From the IMG/VR virus record IMGVR_UViG_3300033168_000003, positions 1 through 42,993 of that record: DNA of 42,993 nucleotides. One strand, written 5' to 3'. Made by a program: the position numbers and the translations under genes. The notes under the pieces are model-generated. The model made no database searches and was not told the DNA's origin. It saw nothing but the letters and a program-made list of their open reading frames with translations. Below, piece by piece: positions 24,865-33,736 of this stretch; the stretch's first letter is position 1; each line of letters begins with the position of its first letter. Source of the DNA: a virus (lineage: Duplodnaviria; Caudoviricetes).

Positions 24865-25350
24865 TTACCCTCCCGCTGGGACCTCCGCATCAAGCGCGGC
24901 CACTTCGGTCTCGAGCCGCCGCAGTTCGGCGTCGACGGCGTCCTCGGTGATGACAGTGATCGTCTGCCGGGCGGGGGCATCCAAGCCGTACAACTTCCGC
25001 AGGCTCTCGGACGTGGTCCGGATCAGGTTCAGAGCGGCGAGGACCGGACCGGCGTCCTGCACCCCAGTCAGCAACCGGCCGGCGCTGACGTACGGGTGGT
25101 CGGCGTGCACGATCTCCCACGCCTTCGCGATCACCGCCGTCAGCCGCTCGGACTCGATCGCGCGGAGTTCGTTGACGGCCTCGACCGGAGCGGACGCGAT
25201 TGCACGGCCAACCATCTTGTACGCCGTGGCGACTTGGACACCCATCTCGGAGCCGATCTGGCGGTACGTGCGTCCCTGTGCCCGTAGATGCGCAGCCTTG
25301 CTGTCCCGTTCTGCGGTGATGATGGTCCGGGTTCGGCGGGCGGCTACCAC
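24865..25350 (-). CDS. terS: Terminase small subunit (HTH)
   Basis: LR.QG.TYRQIG..MG HTH and KLYGLDAP; immediately upstream of terL. Confidence 0.8.
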   Translation of the reverse strand: MVAARRTRTIITAERDSKAAHLRAQGRTYRQIGSEMGVQVATAYKMVGRAIASAPVEAVNELRAIESERLTAVIAKAWEIVHADHPYVSAGRLLTGVQDAGPVLAALNLIRTTSESLRKLYGLDAPARQTITVITEDAVDAELRRLETEVAALDAEVPAGG

Positions 25351-25374
25351 GTTCCCCCCCTCATGGTGTTCACG

Positions 25375-25530
25375 TCATCGCCGGTCGGTGGGGGTGCGGC
25401 TTGCGTGGAGGCACCGGGTGCACGCGAGGCGTTCACAGCGGCGGTCGCAGTGCTTGCACAGCACGGTCATGCCGGCGGTGTGAGTGAGTGGGGTATTGCA
25501 CCCGGTGCAGACCCGGGGAGTCGCCGTCAC
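25375..25530 (-). CDS. Small Cys-rich protein
   Basis: Several CxxC motifs; GTGA overlap. Confidence 0.5.
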   Translation of the reverse strand: MTATPRVCTGCNTPLTHTAGMTVLCKHCDRRCERLACTRCLHASRTPTDRR

Positions 25531-25688
25531 TGTCCGGTCCACCACGTCTGGCACTTCCTGCGCCGGCATCGGTACGCCCAGCGAGTTGGCCGCCACACAC
25601 CATCGGGAGCGAGCTTCATCGGTACGTCCCGCCAGGCGTGCCCGAGTAGCAGACAGCGCCACGGCTCCACCCACACTGAGTGCGTCAC
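25527..25688 (-). CDS. Small protein with C...GH.W...C motif
   Basis: GGGAGG SD; CLLLGHAW...RC...C. Confidence 0.55.
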   Translation of the reverse strand: MTHSVWVEPWRCLLLGHAWRDVPMKLAPDGVWRPTRWAYRCRRRKCQTWWTGQ

Positions 25689-25734
25689 GTCGCCTCCCAG
25701 TTGGTGCCCTGGGCATAGTCGTGCTGTCACGCTG

Positions 25735-25763
25735 AGTGTCTGTGAGCGTGAGGATCTTGTCAA
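25735..25763 (-). promoter_or_regulatory. Putative late promoter TTGACA-N17-GACACT
   Basis: Consensus -35 and 17-nt spacer upstream of the packaging/structural operon; -10 is imperfect. Confidence 0.5.
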
Positions 25764-26713
25764 GCGCGCCGCAGCTGACGCGCCGTAGTCGTGTCGAGTT
25801 CGTGTATGGCCGGGTACCAAACCTGCATGGCTCCGGTAACCGGATCGGGTTCTTGAGGGATCTTGCCTTGCTCGACCCACTGCCGGATTGTCTTCGTGGA
25901 GCGTTGCGCTGCGAAAGAGGCGGCGGCGACGGTGACCCAGCCGAGAGACTCCCGGGCGGTCGTGATCGTGTCGGCCTGCGCCAGCAGGTACTCGGCGGGG
26001 GTGTAGCGGCGGCGGCAGGTCCGGCAGGTCGCGTCGGTGTCGAGGAGCCCGTCGGGTTGGGTGCGGCGGGTCAGGACACCACCGCAGTGGAAGCAGTCGG
26101 TGTTGGTGCGCTCGTCCCGCGTGTGCCGGCAGGTGGCGCGCTCGAGCATCCCGTGCACCTTGCGGAGATCAATCAGGTACCGGTCGAAGCCGGGGAAGCT
26201 GGTAGCCGCCCACTGAGCCTTGCGCTCTAGGTAGCCGGTGATCTGCGTGGCGGACCGCAGCGGCTTACGTTCGCCTCGGAGCTGCCGCCACTCCTCCGCC
26301 CACCAGCCAAGTTCGAAGCTGACGGACAACAGATCGCCGTCTTTCGTGCTGTGCCCGTCCTCGCTGTCCCCGCGGCTGCCCTTCGCGAGCATCGCGAGCA
26401 GGTCCCCGCCGAGGAGCGGCCGGCCGTCGCTGGCGCCAGGCCGGTCGCTGTCGTAGCTCGGCGACCGTAGGTGACCGAGGTGTTGGGGGAGCTCTTGCCA
26501 CATCGTGACGATGCCGGCGAGCAGGACGCGAGCCTCGTTGAGGCACCCGTCGCAGGTGAAGCCGTTCTCGAACTTCTGCAGCGACCTCATGCAGCAGATG
26601 CAGAGGGGGTGATCGGACTCGGCGGCGTGGAAGGCGAGCTGCTCGCGGTGGCCGACCTCAGCAGCAAGCTCGTCGTCAGGGCGCCAGTCGCACCTGCTAC
26701 ACCGAACCGTCAT
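25760..26713 (-). CDS. Zn-finger/HTH DNA-binding protein (possible late regulator)
   Basis: Multiple CxxC motifs; C-terminal TVAAAS....RSTKTIRQW HTH; last early gene before the packaging module. Confidence 0.7.
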   Translation of the reverse strand: MTVRCSRCDWRPDDELAAEVGHREQLAFHAAESDHPLCICCMRSLQKFENGFTCDGCLNEARVLLAGIVTMWQELPQHLGHLRSPSYDSDRPGASDGRPLLGGDLLAMLAKGSRGDSEDGHSTKDGDLLSVSFELGWWAEEWRQLRGERKPLRSATQITGYLERKAQWAATSFPGFDRYLIDLRKVHGMLERATCRHTRDERTNTDCFHCGGVLTRRTQPDGLLDTDATCRTCRRRYTPAEYLLAQADTITTARESLGWVTVAAASFAAQRSTKTIRQWVEQGKIPQEPDPVTGAMQVWYPAIHELDTTTARQLRRA

Positions 26714-26741
26714 GCCGCTCCCCCATCTGTGTGTCGGGTGG

Positions 26742-26963
26742 TCACAGCCGTAAGGTCGGGTCCCACTCGACCCCATAGAGCTTGGTCTCGTCTTCCACGT
26801 CTGAGTGCAAGCAGCGACAGCCGCCGTCAGGGGCCGGGATGCAGTGGTCACCTATCAGTTGGATCATCCACCTGGTGACGTTGCCGTAGATGCCCGGTGG
26901 CGCAGCGGCGGCGATGAGGTCGGCTTCCGTCGCGATGGGTGTCAGCTCGGCGCGTGACATCAC
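26742..26963 (-). CDS. Hypothetical protein
   Basis: GTGA-coupled ORF in the early operon. Confidence 0.5.
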   Translation of the reverse strand: MMSRAELTPIATEADLIAAAAPPGIYGNVTRWMIQLIGDHCIPAPDGGCRCLHSDVEDETKLYGVEWDPTLRL

Positions 26964-27259
26964 GTCTGTGCGTCGTTCTGCGGGCCGTTCGGACCGTCAC
27001 CCTCACCCGACTGCCCACCTACCAGGCCGGGAGGCTGAGCGGGGCGGGTGGGGTGCTTCTCGGGCCAAGCGGCTGCGAGAGCAGCGGAGCGGGTGCGACC
27101 GTCTGCGAGTGGCCGCATGCCGAAGCCGTAGGCAGTCCAGTCGTCATGCCTTGCTATGACGTACCCAAGGTCTGCGCCGGTTGTCCGGTCATGAACGCAG
27201 TACGCCTTGTCGTCGTAGGGGCGCAGGACCAGCCCGGAGGCAGGTGGCTGGCGGGTCAT
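26960..27259 (-). CDS. Hypothetical protein
   Basis: ATGA-coupled ORF. Confidence 0.6.
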   Translation of the reverse strand: MTRQPPASGLVLRPYDDKAYCVHDRTTGADLGYVIARHDDWTAYGFGMRPLADGRTRSAALAAAWPEKHPTRPAQPPGLVGGQSGEGDGPNGPQNDAQT

Positions 27260-27453
27260 GCGCTCACCCGGTTTGCCTCAGCCAGCGCGTCCCACCTGGG
27301 ACGATGCAGGACTACCGCCCAGTATCTCGTCGCGATCGTGGCCATTGCTGGCCAGTAGTCCGCGATGCACCACTGGCCTGCTCGTTGCTCGCACGACCGG
27401 CACGAGTGCTGCAACGCGCTCAGCTCGGAACTGGTCGGTCGGGTTCTGCTCAT
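27256..27453 (-). CDS. Small phage Zn-finger protein
   Basis: CRSC...GQWC...H.PR; ATGA overlap with the helicase stop. Confidence 0.6.
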   Translation of the reverse strand: MSRTRPTSSELSALQHSCRSCEQRAGQWCIADYWPAMATIATRYWAVVLHRPRWDALAEANRVSA

Positions 27454-28706
27454 GCGGCTCCCTGCCAGTCGCTGCGGTAGCTGCGGTACTCCCGCCACGG
27501 CCATTCACCAGGACCGCCGCGGGCGAGATGCTTCGGGAAGTCCCGTTCGTCGCGGGGCCCTCGCCACTCCACCAGGCGCATCACGCCGCTGTCGCCCTCA
27601 GTGTCACGTAGGCCATAGCCGAACTCAGGCCAGCGCATGAACAAGCTGCTACCGATGGGGCGCAGGCTGCGGACCTGACCGGATGGTCCGTGGCCGGCGT
27701 GGGTCTCCATGACGATGGCGCAGCCGTGCGCAGCCCGGATGCTGTCGATGACGGCGGTCAGGGCGCGTGCGGGCTCTTCCAGGTTCATGTCCCGGGCGTG
27801 CATCCGGTACAGCGGGCCGATGACCAGGAGCTCGGGTCGCAGGTGGTCGCACAGCGCCCGGAGCCACGCAGCGTCGTCTGGTCGGGTGAGGTCGATCCCG
27901 GACGGTCGGCTTTCGACGGTGAGCATCCCCGGGCTGACGGGATGGCCGGTGTCGGTGGCTTGCTGCGACAGGGCGCGTAAAGCTCGGCGTAGGTGTCGTT
28001 CGCCGTTCTCAAGGTCCACAAGCAAGACCCGCCGCGGGGTCGTCGCTGCCCGTCCGATCTGGAACGGGTGGACGCCGCTAGCGGTCGTGACGGCCAGCAT
28101 CCGGATCAGCGTGCTTTTCCCGGAGCCTTCGCCGCCAGTAACGATCAGGCGGTCGCCGCGTTCGAACAGTCCAGGGACGAGCCAGTCGTAGCTGTCATCA
28201 CCTGCCATGAAGGTCTCCAGATCTTGACTGGTAGGGGGTCGTGGTGGGTCGGCGCTGTCCGCGAGCGCAGCGGTCTGTACGGCGAGAAGGGCGGCGGCTT
28301 CGTACGGGTCGACGGCGGGGTTGCGGGCTTGTTGCAGTGCCCGGACGGCGGTGAGGGTGAGGGCTCTGCGGGCTGCGAGCGCGAGCAAGGTCCGGCCGTG
28401 GTGGGTGAGACTCCCGGCGGTGCAGCCGTCGCGGTACAGGTCCGCGAGCCACACCGGGTCGACAGCGGGCCCGCGGTTGCCGATGCGGAGCAGTTCGGTG
28501 CGGACCGCGGCGGGGTCGCACGGTCGGCTGTCGGCGGTGAGGTGTTGGCAGGCGGCGACGACAGCGGATAGGTGCGGGTCGTGCCACGTTTCGGCGCTGA
28601 CGGTGAACTCGGCGGGGACGGTGCCGAGGGCGAGCAGGGCGCCGGCGGTGGTGCGTTCGACGTACGGGTCATGCGGCAGCGACATGCCGTCGAGGTCGTC
28701 GGTCAC
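27450..28706 (-). CDS. DnaB-like/AAA_25 replicative helicase
   Basis: N-terminal PHD..VE DnaB-like domain; Walker A GGEGSGKST; VDLEN; GSS...RWPEFG. Confidence 0.88.
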   Translation of the reverse strand: MTDDLDGMSLPHDPYVERTTAGALLALGTVPAEFTVSAETWHDPHLSAVVAACQHLTADSRPCDPAAVRTELLRIGNRGPAVDPVWLADLYRDGCTAGSLTHHGRTLLALAARRALTLTAVRALQQARNPAVDPYEAAALLAVQTAALADSADPPRPPTSQDLETFMAGDDSYDWLVPGLFERGDRLIVTGGEGSGKSTLIRMLAVTTASGVHPFQIGRAATTPRRVLLVDLENGERHLRRALRALSQQATDTGHPVSPGMLTVESRPSGIDLTRPDDAAWLRALCDHLRPELLVIGPLYRMHARDMNLEEPARALTAVIDSIRAAHGCAIVMETHAGHGPSGQVRSLRPIGSSLFMRWPEFGYGLRDTEGDSGVMRLVEWRGPRDERDFPKHLARGGPGEWPWREYRSYRSDWQGAA

Positions 28707-28933
28707 CACTCCTTCCACGGTCGCTTGGCCTTGCTGACACCGGTTCGGATGTCGGCGATCGTGACGATCCGCGTCTCAATCTTGGCGTGGGTCAGGACGG
28801 CGGCCTCAGCCTCGGAGTAGTCCAGGTCAGCGAGCAGCTCGTGCCAGACGGCATCGATCCCGGCGGGCATCGTCATCGCGGGGTAGCAAGCGCGGGCGAT
28901 GGCAAGGAGCCGGGTCGTCTCGGTCGGGGTCAT
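28703..28933 (-). CDS. Helicase loader/inhibitor (G39P-like)
   Basis: MT..E...LL......YP...W..LL.DLDY..A..AV..H...TIADIR. Confidence 0.8.
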   Translation of the reverse strand: MTPTETTRLLAIARACYPAMTMPAGIDAVWHELLADLDYSEAEAAVLTHAKIETRIVTIADIRTGVSKAKRPWKEW

Positions 28934-29805
28934 GGTTTGCCTCCGGTGATGGCTCGGAATGGGGTGATGCCGCTGGCTTCGGCTTGCTGTGCGCGCAGCA
29001 TCGATTGGCGCAGGAACTCGTCGCCTTGCTCGACGTGGCTCTTGGGACGGGGGCCGATGCCGTTGCGTTCGGCGTGTAGCCGGCGGGCTTCGTTGCCGAG
29101 GTCGGCGAACCCGTTGGCGCCGAGGCGTTGGGCGGCTTCGATGAGCACGTCGGGTGGCGCGCCGCCCTTGAGCAGGCTCGCGGCGTCTTTGGCGATGCGG
29201 CCTTTAGCGCGGTTGTCGAGGATGCCCTCGGCTTGTCGGACAGCTTCGACGTAGGCAGCGACGACGGTGCCTGCGTCAGGTGGCCTGGCGTCAGCCGGGT
29301 TCCCGAACGGGCCCTTGCTCCCTTGACCCCTTGCTCCCTTGACCCCTAGAACCTCCCCCGCGTGCGAGGGCCGGAATGGTTCCGGAGCGCCTCCGGAGTC
29401 GTTCGGGAGTAATTCCGGAATGGTTCCGGAGGCGTTCGGGAGTGGTTCGTGAATCGGGCAGGCTGGGATGAGGCTCGGTTGCGGGTGGCTGACCCGCTGC
29501 GAACGGCTCCACTTCGGGGCGTGCATGTACCGCCGGCCGTCCACGACATACCGGCACAGGACAGGTTTGCCGGGCGCGACGGACGTGGCAGCCATCCGGT
29601 CCAGCCAGCCGTCCATCTTCCGGTCGGTGACGTCCCGGTCCAAGGGGAACAGGTCGGCGCGGACCAGCCGCATATCGTCATGACCACGGCCGTGGTCATC
29701 GAGGTATCCCCAGAGCAGCACCCATGCGTAGCGGACCTCACGGGGCCACTCCGCGACCGTGAGGTCCCGTCGCAGCTCAGGCTTCACCGAGCGGATGCGG
29801 GCCAC
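28930..29805 (-). CDS. Replication initiator protein
   Basis: ARIRSVKPE...LW.Y.DD.GR...W.R.QR..HP..S pattern; upstream of loader and helicase. Confidence 0.8.
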   Translation of the reverse strand: MARIRSVKPELRRDLTVAEWPREVRYAWVLLWGYLDDHGRGHDDMRLVRADLFPLDRDVTDRKMDGWLDRMAATSVAPGKPVLCRYVVDGRRYMHAPKWSRSQRVSHPQPSLIPACPIHEPLPNASGTIPELLPNDSGGAPEPFRPSHAGEVLGVKGARGQGSKGPFGNPADARPPDAGTVVAAYVEAVRQAEGILDNRAKGRIAKDAASLLKGGAPPDVLIEAAQRLGANGFADLGNEARRLHAERNGIGPRPKSHVEQGDEFLRQSMLRAQQAEASGITPFRAITGGKP

Positions 29806-30110
29806 TATGTGCGCGCCGGGTGCTTGTCGAGGAGCAGCTTCGTGATCTGGACGACGGCGAGGTCCGGCTCGAGGCCGCCTCGGTGCCATTCCCACCAGTA
29901 GCGCAGGAGCATTAGGGCTTCCTGCTGTTCCCCCCACGTCAGCCCGGCGTTGCCGGTCATCTCAACGGGGACGAACCCGGTGCCGCCACACTCTTGGCAA
30001 CCCTGTTTGCAGGCTTGGCACAGAGTGAACCGGTCGTTCGTGGCGCGAGGGGCGACCCTCTTGTCATCGCGTTCGGGGTGATGCACCATCATGGGCGGGG
30101 TCCTACGCAT
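29805..30110 (-). CDS. Hypothetical protein with CxxC/CxxCGGTG motif
   Basis: TAGTG coupling; CQAC..GCQECGGTG. Confidence 0.55.
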   Translation of the reverse strand: MRRTPPMMVHHPERDDKRVAPRATNDRFTLCQACKQGCQECGGTGFVPVEMTGNAGLTWGEQQEALMLLRYWWEWHRGGLEPDLAVVQITKLLLDKHPART

Positions 30111-30618
30111 CGGCGCCGCTCCAGATCAGCAGGCAGCAGCCGAACGGCGGGCGCTCGTTGGGCCCGACGTCGAGCTGGCCGGCCTTGATGAACCGCATGC
30201 GACCGGGCAGGAACTCGACCCGCAGCCCGGACTCGGCTCGGTCGCGGCGCGGCTCGACCTGCCGCTGCCACCACTTCTGCTCGGTGCGGTTCGCGGGCAG
30301 CAACATGACGATGCCGAGGGTGCGTGGCGCCTCGAGCCACGCCTTACGCACCCACGGCTCGATCGCGCTGTACGGCGGGTTGCACCACACTCGTTCGCCG
30401 GCCCAGGACTGGCGCAAGCCGTCCGTCTGCCGGTCGAAGTAACGCTGGCACTTCGTGTTGTGCGAGGCGGCCGCCACGTCGAGGGTGAACGGACCGAGGC
30501 GCTCGGAGAACTGCCCGAAGTGCAGCGGGTGCGTTGCTCGATCGTCCACGTCGTCCAGCGGCCCCGCAGGCAAGGTCTGCTGCGGGTGGTTCTGCGCCTT
30601 GAAACCGAGGATGCTCAT
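30103..30618 (-). CDS. Phage DNA N6-adenine methyltransferase (Dam-like)
   Basis: FTLDVAA...N.KC, DGL, WCNPPYS, LLPA..., GR..F. Confidence 0.9.
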   Translation of the reverse strand: MSILGFKAQNHPQQTLPAGPLDDVDDRATHPLHFGQFSERLGPFTLDVAAASHNTKCQRYFDRQTDGLRQSWAGERVWCNPPYSAIEPWVRKAWLEAPRTLGIVMLLPANRTEQKWWQRQVEPRRDRAESGLRVEFLPGRMRFIKAGQLDVGPNERPPFGCCLLIWSGADA

Positions 30619-30794
30619 GTCGCGCCGACCCCATGGAGAGCGCGGTGCTGCTTGGCGCGACGCTCAGCTTCAGCCTCGGTCTTCAGGCCGGTGCAACCTC
30701 CACCACACGTGCACCGCCACTCCCACGACGTGGGTTGCACCGTGACGACAGCCGCAGCTCTTCGAGGCGACTTGATTCGCGCCGGCGTCGTCAT
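30615..30794 (-). CDS. Small hypothetical protein
   Basis: WRCTCG...H motif; ATGA overlaps. Confidence 0.55.
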   Translation of the reverse strand: MTTPARIKSPRRAAAVVTVQPTSWEWRCTCGGGCTGLKTEAEAERRAKQHRALHGVGAT

Positions 30795-30895
30795 CGTTGC
30801 GCCTTCCGGTCGAGCCAGTGGCAGACGGCGAGCGTCGCGAAGCTGACGGCGAGCAAGGTCTCGACGCACACGAGGTAGAGGCGCTCCGGGTTCAC
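30791..30895 (-). CDS. Small hydrophobic protein (34 aa)
   Basis: GTGA/ATGA overlaps on both sides. Confidence 0.45.
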   Translation of the reverse strand: MNPERLYLVCVETLLAVSFATLAVCHWLDRKAQR

Positions 30896-31173
30896 GGCGC
30901 GGCCTCGTTGAGCTGCTTGCCCATAAGCCGGACGGCGATGTCGCGTGCCTGCACGAAGGGATAGCGGGTCCGGGCGATGAACGCATCGGTTCGGCCACTT
31001 GGGATCGGTTCGGCCTCCCACCGCTTGCGTCGCTCACACCAGACTCGGATGCCCTGCTTGACGCAGTAGTCCTCGTCGCCGCGCCATGAGACGGTGATCG
31101 CCCGCGTGTCGTACGGGTTATCGTTTGAGCCGACGGTGACCTCGGTGATCCGCATGTTCACTTTGTCGGTCAC
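30892..31173 (-). CDS. Hypothetical protein
   Basis: W..EP.PS.R.D.F.ARTRY phage-type motif; GGAG SD. Confidence 0.65.
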   Translation of the reverse strand: MTDKVNMRITEVTVGSNDNPYDTRAITVSWRGDEDYCVKQGIRVWCERRKRWEAEPIPSGRTDAFIARTRYPFVQARDIAVRLMGKQLNEAAP

Positions 31174-31301
31174 GGCGTGCTCCAGTCTGCGAGTCGGGTC
31201 TGTCGGGGTCCGAGCGCGGCAGTCACCGTGTCGAGGTCGGCGGGTCGCCACACCGCGACCTCACAACCAGCGGCGGCGAGCAGACCGAGCCAGGTGTTCA
31301 C
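31170..31301 (-). pseudogene. C-terminal remnant of VRR-NUC-type nuclease
   Basis: WL.LLAAAGCEVAVWRPADL resembles the VRR-NUC C-terminus; the catalytic N-terminal part is absent. Confidence 0.5.
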
Positions 31302-31579
31302 GACGCGGCCCGGCGGCGTTCTCGCAGATACGCAGCCCAGGCGGCGGTGCAGGGTGCGCACCGGCAACGCCAGTTGCTGTAGGTGCATGCGTTCCCGTGC
31401 GGGGCGAGTGTCGAGTCGGCTGCTAATCGAGCGGCCCGAGACGCTCTCCCTGGCCTATGGGCAGCGCTCTCGGCGTCTGTGCACTCCCGGCATCGGCACG
31501 CAAGATTGACGTACCCGTTGCGGCTCCCATGGCGGGGGTCGCCGTAGGCCAGCGTGTACGGCCAGGCAGTCGGATTCAC
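31298..31579 (-). CDS. Small protein with two HG...Y....CRC..C repeats
   Basis: HGSRNGYVNLACRCREC and HGNACTYSNWRCRCAPC. Confidence 0.7.
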   Translation of the reverse strand: MNPTAWPYTLAYGDPRHGSRNGYVNLACRCRECTDAESAAHRPGRASRAARLAADSTLAPHGNACTYSNWRCRCAPCTAAWAAYLRERRRAAS

Positions 31580-31962
31580 GGCGCTCCTTCGATCATGTCC
31601 GCGACCCGGCGAAGGGCGGCGGCGGGGTTGTCTGGCAGGTCACCTGCGACGGCCTCGGCCCATGTTGCGAGGCTGAGCACGACGTAGGACTGCGCAACTG
31701 ACTGCCCGCGGCGCTTGACGATCACGGCCCACCACGGGGTACGGGCGTTGACGGCCTCGCGGGAGGCTTCGGTCGCCCACCCGGCGAGGTCGAGGGCGCG
31801 GACGGCTTTGCACTCGACGGCCCACCCTGCGACCCCGGCGATGTCGCCCCGGTCAGCACTGCCGTTCATGGCGCGACGCTCGACGTGCGGGAAGCCGTGC
31901 GCAGTGAGGTAGGCGACGACGGCGCTCTCGAAGGCGGTGCCGGTCCGACGTGATGCGCTCAC
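31576..31962 (-). CDS. Holliday junction resolvase (PD-(D/E)XK, Hjc-like)
   Basis: GTAFE..VV.YL, ERR...G..DRGDI.G, VECK. Confidence 0.85.
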   Translation of the reverse strand: MSASRRTGTAFESAVVAYLTAHGFPHVERRAMNGSADRGDIAGVAGWAVECKAVRALDLAGWATEASREAVNARTPWWAVIVKRRGQSVAQSYVVLSLATWAEAVAGDLPDNPAAALRRVADMIEGAP

Positions 31963-32198
31963 AAGGCAGCCCTGTGGTCGCGTTCCAGGTGCCGTTCGCC
32001 TTCGCCGCGGGCTGCGTTCTCGGACATGAGCTCGACTCCGAGCCACCCGCAGGTGTCGCAGCGCCATGCCCAAGCGGGATGGTGGATCGTCTGCGTCCAC
32101 GTCCCGGACTGCACAACCTCGATTGACGCGGCCGTGCTAGCCCGTGCCGGCCCTGGCCTTCCCGACAGGACCGGCACGGAGCTGTGGGCGGCGGTCAT
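31959..32198 (-). CDS. Hypothetical protein
   Basis: WRCDTCG...H...H; overlapping start and stop. Confidence 0.55.
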   Translation of the reverse strand: MTAAHSSVPVLSGRPGPARASTAASIEVVQSGTWTQTIHHPAWAWRCDTCGWLGVELMSENAARGEGERHLERDHRAAL

Positions 32199-32404
32199 GG
32201 CTTGTTCCGATGGCGGTACCAGAGCATCAGAAGGTGGTTCCACTGCCCCGCAAACCTTGTGTGCCGCTGCTTCTGTGCGTGGAGCGCTTCCCACTCGCGC
32301 ACCGTCTTAGCTGTGCCGTCATCAACGCGGCAGCACGGCTGAATGGCGTTGGCAGCGCGGATCATCGCAGCGACGTCGTCGTGAGGGCTGTCGGGTGCAC
32401 TCAT
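32195..32404 (-). CDS. Hypothetical protein
   Basis: ATGA overlaps. Confidence 0.5.
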   Translation of the reverse strand: MSAPDSPHDDVAAMIRAANAIQPCCRVDDGTAKTVREWEALHAQKQRHTRFAGQWNHLLMLWYRHRNKP

Positions 32405-32592
32405 GCCGCATCGCCTGGGTCGCAGCAGTCCCCGTCGTGCAGCCCGGCTTCCTGCGCTGCCAGGACCGTGAGCGGGGTCCGGTGACACAGGCAGGGGCAC
32501 GGTGCGATCCAGTCCCGGTCGGCGTCCCAACCGTCACCGGGGCACGCTCCGCACTTCCCGGCGGCGCAGTCCGGGCTCAGGACGGCGCTCAC
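32401..32592 (-). CDS. Small Cys-rich protein
   Basis: C..GKC..C.G......C.C.CH. Confidence 0.6.
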   Translation of the reverse strand: MSAVLSPDCAAGKCGACPGDGWDADRDWIAPCPCLCHRTPLTVLAAQEAGLHDGDCCDPGDAA

Positions 32593-32861
32593 GACGGCAC
32601 CCGCGCAGCTTGGCCGGCGACGATCTGCACGGAAGCGATGTGCGCGCAGTCAGGTCGGTCGCAGGTACAGGACCAGCCGCCGCGGGGAGTGAGATCTACC
32701 GCATACCGCGGGCCACCTGTGCGAGAGGACTGGACGGCGGCAACCACCCTGTCCGGGGCGACATCCGCTCTGTTTGGGAAGTCGCCCCCTTCGGCGTGCA
32801 GGATCGTCACGCGCCCTTCCCGCAGGCATGCCAGCGCCCGACGGCGCAAGGTGGTGGTCAC
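32589..32861 (-). CDS. SWIM Zn-finger protein
   Basis: Y.V......WSCTC....CAH. Confidence 0.65.
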   Translation of the reverse strand: MTTTLRRRALACLREGRVTILHAEGGDFPNRADVAPDRVVAAVQSSRTGGPRYAVDLTPRGGWSCTCDRPDCAHIASVQIVAGQAARVPS

Positions 32862-33736
32862 GATGGGATCTCTGGCATCGCAGGCCACGACGGCTCGTCC
32901 GGGTCCACGGTCCCGTCCACCGGCCCGGTGACGACACCTGTCTCTGTGTCGAAGGTCGCCGGCTCGGCTGGCTCAATCGCAGCCGGCTCAGTCGCGCCGG
33001 GTAGCTCACGGCGCAGGTCGGTGCCGGAGCGTTCGTCGGCATCCAAGGCCCGGGCGAGAGTCGCGCTCTTAGGCATCAGCTTGAATAGTTGCCGCAGAGC
33101 CGTCTTCTTCTCCATCCAGTGCATCGGGTCCTTGATCTGCCCGGACGGCCCTTCCTTCCCGCCGCGGAGTGCCCGTGTGTCATCCGGGGTCAGAACGATG
33201 AACGACTTCGCACCGCTGCTCAGCACAGCGACGGCGTAGTACGCCACGATCGACCCGCGGTCCCCGATCGCTGGCTTGTGGGTGAGGAACGGGTCTAGGC
33301 CGTAGGCGTAGTCGAAGGTGTCCTTGTGGTAGACGGTCTGCGCGTCTAGGTGCCGGGCCATCGGGTGCTGCCAAAACAGCTTCGCCATCCCGGCGTAGCC
33401 GACGATCAACGTGCACTCGCCGCCGTAGTTGACCAGGTACGCCTCGCCGTTTAGGCCAGGTTCCAAACCGAGGGCAGATGCAGTCAGCAACGCCCCGGCG
33501 AAGCTTTCCTGCGAGCAGTTGACGAGTGCCTTGTCGGGGGTGCGCTTCGCGTTGCAGGCGAGCATGTCGGTGCGGAGCAGGGTGAGCGCGATCCGCGCGA
33601 TCCGGTCCCCGTCGAGTCCCTTCGGCAACGCCCGCTGGATCTCGGGGGTGAGCCGCTCAATGAACGTGCGGAGGCTGGCGGCGTTCTGCTGCTGCCGTTC
33701 GTTCCGGACAGCAACAGCGTTCTGGGTGGTGGTCAT
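32858..33736 (-). CDS. recT: RecT-family single-strand annealing recombinase
   Basis: C...S..GALL....LGLEP...EAYLV.Y, GY.G, M.KKT.LR.L.K.MPKS. Confidence 0.93.
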   Translation of the reverse strand: MTTTQNAVAVRNERQQQNAASLRTFIERLTPEIQRALPKGLDGDRIARIALTLLRTDMLACNAKRTPDKALVNCSQESFAGALLTASALGLEPGLNGEAYLVNYGGECTLIVGYAGMAKLFWQHPMARHLDAQTVYHKDTFDYAYGLDPFLTHKPAIGDRGSIVAYYAVAVLSSGAKSFIVLTPDDTRALRGGKEGPSGQIKDPMHWMEKKTALRQLFKLMPKSATLARALDADERSGTDLRRELPGATEPAAIEPAEPATFDTETGVVTGPVDGTVDPDEPSWPAMPEIPS

